From contig JABLTI010000020.1 of the NCBI GenBank assembly GCA_013166835.1, positions 1 through 32,177 of the forward strand: 32,177 nucleotides of DNA, in the 5' to 3' direction. Under the pieces are notes generated by a model. That model was not told the origin of the DNA, ran no database searches, and saw only the letters and a program-made list of their open reading frames with translations. A program made the position numbers and the translations under genes. The stretch is from Promethearchaeati archaeon. Lineage in GTDB: Archaea; Asgardarchaeota; Heimdallarchaeia; JABLTI01. Below, in pieces: positions 17,825 to 25,849 of the stretch (positions are counted from its first letter, which is position 1; each line of letters opens with the position of its first letter).

Positions 17825-18139
17825 TTATGGTTCATTTTCTAACCATTTCTTTATGGTTTGTTGACCGAGTCCGGTTATTTTCCAAAGATTTCGCCTCTCT
17901 CTTTTCTCCATCAAAACTACATTTTCAAGAAGCATGTTTTTTAGATGATAAGCAATCGAGGCATAATTAGAACCGATACCGTCTGTGATTTCTGCAGTTG
18001 TGAAGAACTTTAAGGGATCATCGTAAAGGAATTGAAGAATTTTGTTCCTCATCTTTAATCCTATACGAGTATTCCTTTTTTTTCTGAGAATTGCTTCTGA
18101 ACGTTCAATCTTTTCTTTTGGCAAATACCTTCCAACCAA
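17825..18139 (-). CDS. Winged helix-turn-helix transcriptional regulator (ArsR-like)
   Basis: RNKILQFL..TTAEITDGIGSNYASIAYHLKNM..ENVV followed by a beta wing. TTG start. Confidence 0.8.
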   Translation of the reverse strand: MVGRYLPKEKIERSEAILRKKRNTRIGLKMRNKILQFLYDDPLKFFTTAEITDGIGSNYASIAYHLKNMLLENVVLMEKRERRNLWKITGLGQQTIKKWLENEP

Positions 18140-18295
18140 CTAAAATAGTAAAATTCCTATGATATTATACTTATTTTCTTAATTAATGATTTCTATCAGC
18201 ATCTTAAAAATAAGTCGGTTATAATAGCACATTTTTTATAGAAGCGAAGTAAAAATCGACAAAGATTAGTTACAATGAGAAGTAGGTTGATTCCA

Positions 18296-19399
18296 ATGAG
18301 CAAAACAAATGAAGAAATTGAAGTTATTAAAGGCACAGGCAATGTACGTTTTGAGAAACTCTCAAGATATGCTAAGATTAGAAGCCCATTAGAGAAATTC
18401 GAAGTTGTTGAGCAAAAAATAGAGTTTCGTAAAGATCCATTGATCAATCATTGGTCTAGAATTAACCAACTAAGAGCTGATCGTGTTAAACAAGCATTTG
18501 CTCCTGGAGAAGACTTTGAAACTAATTTACAGTCGGTTGTTGAAAATTCTGCAAAGAAATGTTTCTTCTGCCCAGAGAATATGACAAAATTCACTCCGAA
18601 ATTCTCTGAAGATTTAGGATTAGGTGAGAGAATTACTGTTGGAGAATTCAACTTATTTCCGAATCTTTATGTGTTTTCGCAATATCATGCAGTAGGAACC
18701 TTAGGTAATGATCACTTCACTCAATTAGATAAATTTACTCCAAAAATTTGGCAAGAAGCAATTGAGGGAACAATGAAATTCTTCAAAGCAGTCCATAATT
18801 CTGATAAGAACGTAAAATATCCATCTATTAATTTCAACTTTTTACCTCCTTCGGCTTCATCGATAATTCATCCTCACATACAAGTCATCCAAGATATTAA
18901 AGCTACAAAATTAACAGAAAAATTACTTCGTAAAAGCCAACAATACACAAATGAGACTAAGAGTAATTATTGGTTGGATTTAATTGCATCCGAAAGAAAC
19001 CTTGGTGAACGTTTTATCGCTGAAAATGAATTTATGACTTGGTTAGCTACCTATTCACCAATGGGCAAGAATGAATTAACAGGAATTGTTACTATCCCGA
19101 AAACTGATATTTCCACTTTTACAAAAGCAGATTCCAGAGATTTGGCTGTAGGACTAACTAAAGCATTTAAAGCTCTGTACCTTGCAAGAGGAGCAACATC
19201 AGTCAATATGGCATTATATTTAGGACCTATTGGTCAAGATAGATCTGATGATTACAGGATTAATTTAAAGATAGTAAGTAGACCAAACTTACTTCCAAAT
19301 TACACAGGAGATATAGGTTTTATGGAATTACTTCATTACGAACCAATTGCTGCTGCAAGTCCTGAAAGTATAGCTGAAACGGTACAAAAGTACTTCTAA
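18296..19399 (+). CDS. galT: Galactose-1-phosphate uridylyltransferase (GalT)-family HIT nucleotidyltransferase
   Basis: RKDPL, CFFCPEN, FPNLY and ASSIIHPHIQ (HxHxQ). Likely start ATG 18296 after AGGTTGA. Exact substrate is not certain. Confidence 0.8.
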   Translation: MSKTNEEIEVIKGTGNVRFEKLSRYAKIRSPLEKFEVVEQKIEFRKDPLINHWSRINQLRADRVKQAFAPGEDFETNLQSVVENSAKKCFFCPENMTKFTPKFSEDLGLGERITVGEFNLFPNLYVFSQYHAVGTLGNDHFTQLDKFTPKIWQEAIEGTMKFFKAVHNSDKNVKYPSINFNFLPPSASSIIHPHIQVIQDIKATKLTEKLLRKSQQYTNETKSNYWLDLIASERNLGERFIAENEFMTWLATYSPMGKNELTGIVTIPKTDISTFTKADSRDLAVGLTKAFKALYLARGATSVNMALYLGPIGQDRSDDYRINLKIVSRPNLLPNYTGDIGFMELLHYEPIAAASPESIAETVQKYF

Positions 19400-19525
19400 A
19401 TCAGAGTACCGAGTTTGCCAAAAAAACAGTAAAATGCTACTTTATTTTCTCATTAATTATTATTATATATAGCAATAGAACAACCTTTTTTTAGTTAAAT
19501 ATGTGTTTATTAAATATAATTTCCC

Positions 19526-19538
19526 AAAAGTTATATAA
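19526..19538 (+). promoter_or_regulatory. Candidate BRE-TATA upstream of the GTPase cluster
   Basis: AAAAG-TTATATAA in the intergenic region before 19644. Confidence 0.35.
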
Positions 19539-19643
19539 CAAATGAAGCAATTGAAGATTTGATAAACGAGTCATTTATCAAAATTTCATTTACTGGAATT
19601 CATTGAAAAGAACAAGACAAAGGTATTTGGAGATAAAAAAGGT

Positions 19644-20606
19644 TTGAGTTTCCTTAGAAGATTAATTAGCGCTGACAAAAGAAAAGGTTTAGATGGTGGT
19701 CCTGCCAAACAACATGTTGCTATTATTGGATTAGATGCAGCTGGAAAAACTACTATTATGAAGAGGATATTACGTTCTGAATACACTCTTTCCAAACCAA
19801 CTTTTGGAGTAAACATTGAAGTATACAGATATCGAACTTTAGAATTCGTTGTTTGGGATCTTGGTGGTCATGCTCCCATAAGAAAAACATTATGGAAGAA
19901 ATTCGTTACTAAAGCTCAAGTTATTGTTTTTGTAGTGGATGCTGCAGATAAAAAGCGTTTTAATCTAGCTAAGGATGTTTTCTATGAATCTTTAGAAAAC
20001 ACAGAGCCAAATGCTCCTATTCTTTTCTTAGCAAACAAATCAGATAAAGAAGATGCTGCCTCTTCAGTAGAAGTAATGGAAGCACTAGAACTTCAGAAAA
20101 TGACCCGATCTGATAGAACGTTCAATATGTTTCGTTGTTCAGCTTTAACAGGTGAAGGATTATTCAATGCTTGGGATTGGCTTGTAGATATCGTTGCTAA
20201 AGACAAACACGTTCCAACCTGGCATGTAAAAATATTCTCCGCAGTTGCATTTGATTCAAATGGTAAAGAATTAGATCAAGCCATTTTTGGTAATCCAACG
20301 CAACAAGCAAAAGTGGCTACGGCTTATCGGGAATCTATAAAAGAGACGGAACGGTTTGCTAAACAGATGCGAGACTATAATGAGGCTGTAACAGTATTAG
20401 AAATCATGGAAGATTATCAATTAGTTATTACTAAAAACAAGTTATTTGTCTTGGGTATTCTCATAGACGTTAACGATCCTGTTAGCAGGGTTTTAACAAT
20501 TGCAAGTCGTATTTTTGATGCAATTGAAATGGATTATCTCAAAGGAATATCTGTTTCGTTAGAAAAAGTGATTTCAAATTATTTCCCCTTAGACGCAATT
20601 TCGTGA
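19644..20606 (+). CDS. Arf/Sar1-like small GTPase fused to a C-terminal longin/roadblock-like domain
   Basis: GLDAAGKTT, PTFG, WDLGGH, FLANKSD and CSALTGEGL..WL. N-terminal amphipathic helix and an approximately 130-aa C-terminal alpha/beta domain. TTG start after GGAGA. Confidence 0.9.
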   Translation: MSFLRRLISADKRKGLDGGPAKQHVAIIGLDAAGKTTIMKRILRSEYTLSKPTFGVNIEVYRYRTLEFVVWDLGGHAPIRKTLWKKFVTKAQVIVFVVDAADKKRFNLAKDVFYESLENTEPNAPILFLANKSDKEDAASSVEVMEALELQKMTRSDRTFNMFRCSALTGEGLFNAWDWLVDIVAKDKHVPTWHVKIFSAVAFDSNGKELDQAIFGNPTQQAKVATAYRESIKETERFAKQMRDYNEAVTVLEIMEDYQLVITKNKLFVLGILIDVNDPVSRVLTIASRIFDAIEMDYLKGISVSLEKVISNYFPLDAIS

Positions 20607-20614
20607 AATCACTA

Positions 20615-20650
20615 TTTTATTTCTTTTATCCTTTATTTTTCTTTTTTATT
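20615..20650 (+). terminator. Putative oligo-T terminator
   Basis: Several T4-T6 runs immediately after the stop at 20606. Confidence 0.4.
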
Positions 20651-20743
20651 TACACACCGATAATCATTTATAAAATATTGTTTCTAAATAATAGTAAAAA
20701 AAGATATACTTAGGTGATTTCCTTCGTGAAGGGAGAGGAATCT

Positions 20744-21709
20744 ATGAAAAAAACAAAAAGTGCAATAGAAGCATTCTCTAATTACTTGCAAAAGAAAGAA
20801 CATATCATACCTTGGGTTCTATTAATTGGAGAAAAAGGATCAGGTAAGACAACTTTGCTTTATTATCTACTATCATCCAATCGTGACAAAGTTTTCCCAG
20901 AAACAGCTCTTAATTGGATAGATATTTCTTATGGGGCAGAATGGTTTAAACTTATAGATTTAGGAGAGGAAATCTTAACGGATAATATGGTTACAGAATA
21001 TTTCTTGTCAATTGCAGATGGAATTGTCTATGTTATAAATGGAGAATCAGATGAATCCCTCAGAGAATCCACAGAACAGTTCCATAATATTGTGGATAAA
21101 ATTCCATCGAATGTACCACTTCTTATTATGATTAACAAAAGAGATCCTGAGAAAGACGTTAATCTGAGCCAAGTTTTAAGTAATTATGATCTTGGTAGAA
21201 TTTCTTCACCAACAGATCCTCGATCATTTCACTTTGAGATCTGTACAATTATAACAGGGGAAGGCATCTACAGAGCTTTTGATTGGTTTGTCTCGAAACT
21301 AATGGCTTATGAAGGCTATCATGAGATAGTAAATGTTCATAGAGTGTTAATCTATGATGTAAATGGTTTACTTGATTTTGATGCTCAATTTTCAAATATA
21401 ACAGATAGTGAACAAGACGCTGTTTTAATTACTGGTTTATTGTCTGCTCTTAACTCCATGACGAGAACTTTATTTAAAGATTCCAGTTTTTTAGATGTTG
21501 TAACAGTGGGAGATTATTCCATGGTTCTTGTTTCAAGCAAACAAAAGATCTGTTGTTTGTTTGTTGAACGAGGTGGAGCTATTGGTAAAGCGAAGCAAAT
21601 AGCAGAAATGATACTTGATAGATATTTAGAAGAAGGTGAAAGTGGACGAATTGCTATAGAGAATATTGTGGAAGAAAGCAAGCATAAAGATGAAGATATA
21701 TCCATTTAG
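20744..21709 (+). CDS. Divergent Arf-like GTPase fused to a longin-like domain
   Basis: GEKGSGKTT, degenerate G3 (DLGEE), INKRD and CTIITGEGI..FDWF. The C-terminal LIYDVNG..LITGLLSAL is longin-like. Likely ATG 20744 after GGAGAGG (ORF track begins at 20714). Confidence 0.85.
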   Translation: MKKTKSAIEAFSNYLQKKEHIIPWVLLIGEKGSGKTTLLYYLLSSNRDKVFPETALNWIDISYGAEWFKLIDLGEEILTDNMVTEYFLSIADGIVYVINGESDESLRESTEQFHNIVDKIPSNVPLLIMINKRDPEKDVNLSQVLSNYDLGRISSPTDPRSFHFEICTIITGEGIYRAFDWFVSKLMAYEGYHEIVNVHRVLIYDVNGLLDFDAQFSNITDSEQDAVLITGLLSALNSMTRTLFKDSSFLDVVTVGDYSMVLVSSKQKICCLFVERGGAIGKAKQIAEMILDRYLEEGESGRIAIENIVEESKHKDEDISI

Positions 21710-21868
21710 CAATTTTTATTAATTTAAAATCAAGATAATGATAATACACTGTAGAGATATCGGTTAAAGCAAATTTATAAATTTAAAAAAATATATCAAT
21801 GCAGAATCATTGCACAAAAATCAAAACATCAATCAAAAAATAAACACAAGAAGAAAGGATGAGAAGAA

Positions 21869-22672
21869 ATGTCAGGAATGGAATCGAAAAAAGAACATTT
21901 GTTAGGAATCGTGTTTGTGACCTTTGAAGATACTGGTCCCTCAGTAATCTATAATGATACTGACCTCACTGAAGAGCAAACACTTACTTTGGCAGTAGAA
22001 GGAATGACTATTGTAGGTCTAGATGAGGGATCACAAGGAAAAACATTGAAAGAAAAAAAGGCATCAATATTTGATACCATGGATGATAAACGTTCGTTCG
22101 GACCATTACCTGTCCCAGATGCTCAAGATCTTCGTGCAATGGCTATTACTTTCGATGTTGAATCTGTTGATTCATCTGATCATAGAATTACGGAATTCGG
22201 TCGAAAATGCATTTTATTCCTTCTCTTTAGAGAGGATTATACGCGAGAAATTCTTGACGCATATGGCTTAATCAAACCATATTTCTCTGTTATAGTAAGA
22301 GATGTAACATCTGAAAATGATTTAACTCATGCAAACTTACTAGACATGTCCCGAAAGATGGGTTTGCTCTTTTCAGGGAAACTCCCTCGTGTCTTCACAC
22401 TTACGGAAGATGGTTCTCCAAAAGAACTAATAGGGAAGAAAATTCCTGCATCAGATGTTTTCTTAGTTGCAGACAAAAACAAAAGCACCTTATCAATTCT
22501 CTTCTATCATCCGGATCCAACAGTTTGGAGAAGAAGACAAATTTACAAGAGTGCTTCAGAATTGAATTCAAGTGTCTTTAAGAATAAATTGAAAGTTATC
22601 ACTGTCACCGAAATAGCAGAGATGTCTAAGATACTTGATAGGTTAAATGTATCCATTGAAAAAATATTTTAA
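21869..22672 (+). CDS. Longin/uDENN (NPRL2-like) domain protein with C-terminal gelsolin-like domain
   Basis: N-terminal GIVFVTFEDTGP..FGPLP..AITF..DHR..CILFLL. C-terminal approximately 95 aa VFTL..DVFLVAD..ILFYH..VWRRR..ASEL..KVITV matches the gelsolin-fold pattern by eye. Confidence 0.6.
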   Translation: MSGMESKKEHLLGIVFVTFEDTGPSVIYNDTDLTEEQTLTLAVEGMTIVGLDEGSQGKTLKEKKASIFDTMDDKRSFGPLPVPDAQDLRAMAITFDVESVDSSDHRITEFGRKCILFLLFREDYTREILDAYGLIKPYFSVIVRDVTSENDLTHANLLDMSRKMGLLFSGKLPRVFTLTEDGSPKELIGKKIPASDVFLVADKNKSTLSILFYHPDPTVWRRRQIYKSASELNSSVFKNKLKVITVTEIAEMSKILDRLNVSIEKIF

Positions 22673-22675
22673 TCC

Positions 22676-22718
22676 ATGAGAAAAGGCAGATTCGCTTTTC
22701 CTCATTTATTTCTTATTT
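22676..22718 (+). terminator. Hairpin plus T-tract terminator-like element
   Basis: ATGAGAAAAGGC-AGATTC-GCTTTTCCTCAT (12-bp stem with one mismatch and one G-U) followed by TTATTTCTTATTT. Confidence 0.5.
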
Positions 22719-22737
22719 CCCTTTAAGTCTGTAGAAA

Positions 22738-22753
22738 CGAATAGCTTTATATT
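22738..22753 (+). promoter_or_regulatory. Candidate BRE-TATA for Rab-like GTPase
   Basis: CGAATAGC-TTTATAT about 50 bp upstream of the ORF. Confidence 0.45.
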
Positions 22754-22799
22754 AAATGTTACATTTTAATGGTTTGTTAAAACAGATTTCTCTAAAAGA

Positions 22800-23351
22800 A
22801 TGAAAGCATTAGGGGCGCTGCAATTGTCAAAAATCATTGCTAAGGTTGTATTTGGTGGGGATGGTGGAGTAGGAAAAACCACACTTATTCAGCGTTATCT
22901 TACAGGTGAATTTATAGATACAACTAAGTTGACTATTGGTGTTGGATTCCACATCCATCAGATGAGTTATCAAGGCAGAGATATTTCTTTGAGTGTCTGG
23001 GACTGTGGAGGACAAGAACAATTCAAGCAAATGGGTATTTTTGATAATTATTTCAGAGGAGCACTTGTTGCTATTTTGATGTTTGATTTAACTCGAGCCT
23101 TATCTATTGGTGGACTCGATACTTGGCATAGTTTCGTAGACCAAAGCGTTAAGACTGATATAATAATTATCGGAGGTAAAAGTGATCTTCCAAGAGATCC
23201 TCTCCTATCTGATGATATAATAGAAGAGACAATCAAGAAGTATAAGGCTAAAAGATATATTGAGACTTCATCTGCAAATGGACTTGGAGTAGATTTGGTA
23301 TTTAATGAAATTGCTCGATTATCATTAGATAAAATACCTGATTTGTATTGA
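22800..23351 (+). CDS. Rab-like small GTPase
   Basis: GDGGVGKTT, TIGVGF, WDCGGQEQF, YFRGA, GGKSD and ETSS. Alternative TTG start at 22824. Confidence 0.92.
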   Translation: MKALGALQLSKIIAKVVFGGDGGVGKTTLIQRYLTGEFIDTTKLTIGVGFHIHQMSYQGRDISLSVWDCGGQEQFKQMGIFDNYFRGALVAILMFDLTRALSIGGLDTWHSFVDQSVKTDIIIIGGKSDLPRDPLLSDDIIEETIKKYKAKRYIETSSANGLGVDLVFNEIARLSLDKIPDLY

Positions 23352-23356
23352 AATCG

Positions 23357-23842
23357 TTAAAGATGATATTTCGTTTTTAATTTGTCTATCATTGCAATAA
23401 CATTAGGAATAGCCGCTTCCACCTCTTTTGAAAGTCCAACTCCGAAACCAGCTATATTCTTTACTTGCACACCAATGATCCTTATTTCTTCTGGGAGCTT
23501 AAAGTCCTTTATTGCGAAGACAAGCTTTAAAGCTGTTAATGCATCGAAACCATGTGTAGAACTTAATCCTTTTACTTCTGGAAGATTCTTATCCTTAATT
23601 TGAAATTCAACAATTTCACCTGGTGTAAGGTTTTCAATATCAACTGCATCTATAATAATTACATATTTCCACCCATCAAGAGCTAAAGCAATATCTACTC
23701 CGCCCGTCCCTAAATCAGTAATTTTAATGGTATCAGGAAAAGGGATTTTTTCTAATTCTTGTATAATTCTAATCGCTATTCCATCATCTAAACGAGTTAA
23801 ATTTCCAACACCAATGATGTGTAGATCTTTTCTTTTTGGCAT
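23357..23842 (-). CDS. Hydrogenase maturation protease (peptidase A31)
   Basis: IIGVGN..DDGI, DLGTGG, IIIDAV, STHG and GLSKEV motifs. Confidence 0.92.
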   Translation of the reverse strand: MPKRKDLHIIGVGNLTRLDDGIAIRIIQELEKIPFPDTIKITDLGTGGVDIALALDGWKYVIIIDAVDIENLTPGEIVEFQIKDKNLPEVKGLSSTHGFDALTALKLVFAIKDFKLPEEIRIIGVQVKNIAGFGVGLSKEVEAAIPNVIAMIDKLKTKYHL

Positions 23843-23884
23843 TGTAATTCATTCCATTTGATTTGGGATTAAACCTCAATCAGA

Positions 23885-25651
23885 TTATAGGTACGGTGTT
23901 TGTGCTCTTTGTTTTATGTTCCGATTTAGAAAGAAGTTAATAATAACACTAACAATTTTCATTATACCTATAAACATTAATCCCCAAGTTAAGAAATTGG
24001 TAATAGCTGTAAGCCATTCTGTATTTCCAACTTCTACACTTACCACAGCTAATGCAGAGATAACATTGTTTGTTATATGAATAAAGATAGCTGATTCTAT
24101 GCCATATTTTACAAATGCATAGCTAAGAAAGAATCCCGATAAACTTGCTTGCACAATCTTCCAAGCGCCCCAACTACCTGTCCAACCTTCCCAATGAGCA
24201 AACCCGAAAATTAATGATGAAATTCCAATAAAGGACCATTCCACATAACCAATGGTTTTGTATTTACCCCTTATAGCAAGAAAAATATTAGAAACTTTTA
24301 GTCTTTTCTTCTCAACATTTTTTTCTATGGATACAGAATCTGTCATAGCATTTTCTTGAATAATGAAACGGATCAATACAACAAAAATCATCGGAACACC
24401 AATAAGAATAAGTCTAAAGCTAAGTTCTTCAAAAACACCAGCCCAAGCAACAGCGATTATTGAAACAAATGGATCTTCAGCAATCGGTCCAGTATCTCCT
24501 CCTGAAATAAATGGAGTTAATATTAGTATGATAATTATAGAAGAAATCATGGACGCACCTAGTAATTCAATTGATTTTATGAAAGGCATGTTTTTTATTT
24601 GGTAAAAGGCAGTGGGCAGAATCCCTTTCCTCTCTTCTAATGGACTTAGTTTGAGAATGTGAAGTTCTTGTTGTGAACTGGATTTTTCTATGTCAGTATC
24701 TAAGAGTTCGGTAGTATCGTCTTTCTTTTCAGTTCCACCAATTACATCAGGATCAGAACGTTTTCTCTTGAGCAAATATTTCACAAGTGTTGGTAAAGTC
24801 ATGAGTAGAATACAAGAAAAGTAAATGAAGAATAACAAAATGTAGATGTTTGATTTAGTCATATTGATTGGTATGATAAAAATGTAAAACAACCAAAAGT
24901 ATTCATTTATTGATACAATTTCATTTGGATTATAAAAAATCCAACCAAATATAGAGACTATAATTAAAATTGCAACTAGACTTGAGAGTCCAAGAAAGAG
25001 GAATCTTAAAATTTTATAGAGACCATTCCAAGCATCGTTATCTGGTTTATACGTAAGCAAAGAAATTCCTGCAGTCATGAAGATTACTACAGGGAGAAGA
25101 TTCATTCCTATCAATGCACCATAAAGCGCAGCTTTGCTAAGTCCAAAATCTGCAGTTCCTAATAATTCTAAAAAGACATCCGATTCAGTTACAAAGAGGG
25201 TTATAAAGAAAGTTACTAAAGCACCTATACCTAACACTATGAATATAATTCCAAAAACCATAGCAATTGTGTTTCTTGATTCCAATCTTTGTCTTCGTTG
25301 TTGTTCTTTAAGTCTTTCCTGAACATCTTGAGGTAGTTTATGAAGTGGAGTATATACTGATTGTTTATCACTAGCAATTGAAATTGCAGGTGATTGTTGT
25401 GCACGTTGAGTTGATTGCTGAGTCAATCTCATTGGTGAACCACAGTAACCGCAGTAGGAATTATAGATTGGAACCTCTACTCCACATTTACTACAATTTA
25501 CTTTATCTACGAAATGATGACCACAAAAGTTACAAAAAAGGTTTGCTTGAGGATTTTTCTCTCCACAATTTGTACAAATAGTTGACTCTTTGTCAGTTTC
25601 AGTGACATCTTCTTTTTCTTCATTGGGTGAATTATTGTTCTCCTCTTCCAT
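23885..25651 (-). CDS. Double zinc-ribbon CPBP (type II CAAX protease/Rce1/Abi family) intramembrane protease
   Basis: Four CxxC pairs at the N-terminus, many TMs, and EELSFR, FGFAH and HITNN motifs. Confidence 0.88.
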   Translation of the reverse strand: MEEENNNSPNEEKEDVTETDKESTICTNCGEKNPQANLFCNFCGHHFVDKVNCSKCGVEVPIYNSYCGYCGSPMRLTQQSTQRAQQSPAISIASDKQSVYTPLHKLPQDVQERLKEQQRRQRLESRNTIAMVFGIIFIVLGIGALVTFFITLFVTESDVFLELLGTADFGLSKAALYGALIGMNLLPVVIFMTAGISLLTYKPDNDAWNGLYKILRFLFLGLSSLVAILIIVSIFGWIFYNPNEIVSINEYFWLFYIFIIPINMTKSNIYILLFFIYFSCILLMTLPTLVKYLLKRKRSDPDVIGGTEKKDDTTELLDTDIEKSSSQQELHILKLSPLEERKGILPTAFYQIKNMPFIKSIELLGASMISSIIIILILTPFISGGDTGPIAEDPFVSIIAVAWAGVFEELSFRLILIGVPMIFVVLIRFIIQENAMTDSVSIEKNVEKKRLKVSNIFLAIRGKYKTIGYVEWSFIGISSLIFGFAHWEGWTGSWGAWKIVQASLSGFFLSYAFVKYGIESAIFIHITNNVISALAVVSVEVGNTEWLTAITNFLTWGLMFIGIMKIVSVIINFFLNRNIKQRAQTPYL

Positions 25652-25849
25652 TAATAAACCACCAAATCATTTGAAATTAAATTCACTAATCTATAGTAGT
25701 TATTATTGCTGTTCACATTTTAAACAATTGCATTCTTTTTTTATTGGGTTTTTAATTTAGAGGTTTATTAAGAAATTCCCTTGATGAACAATTAGCAGTT
25801 TGTAAAAGTATAACACAAATCTGAGAATTAAGAAGGTTGTAATGATCAA

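Noticed and set aside
22800-25651. CAAX protease processing the neighbouring Rab-like GTPase
   Set aside because: The GTPase ends in DKIPDLY with no cysteine or CAAX box, and the genes are on opposite strands separated by another gene.
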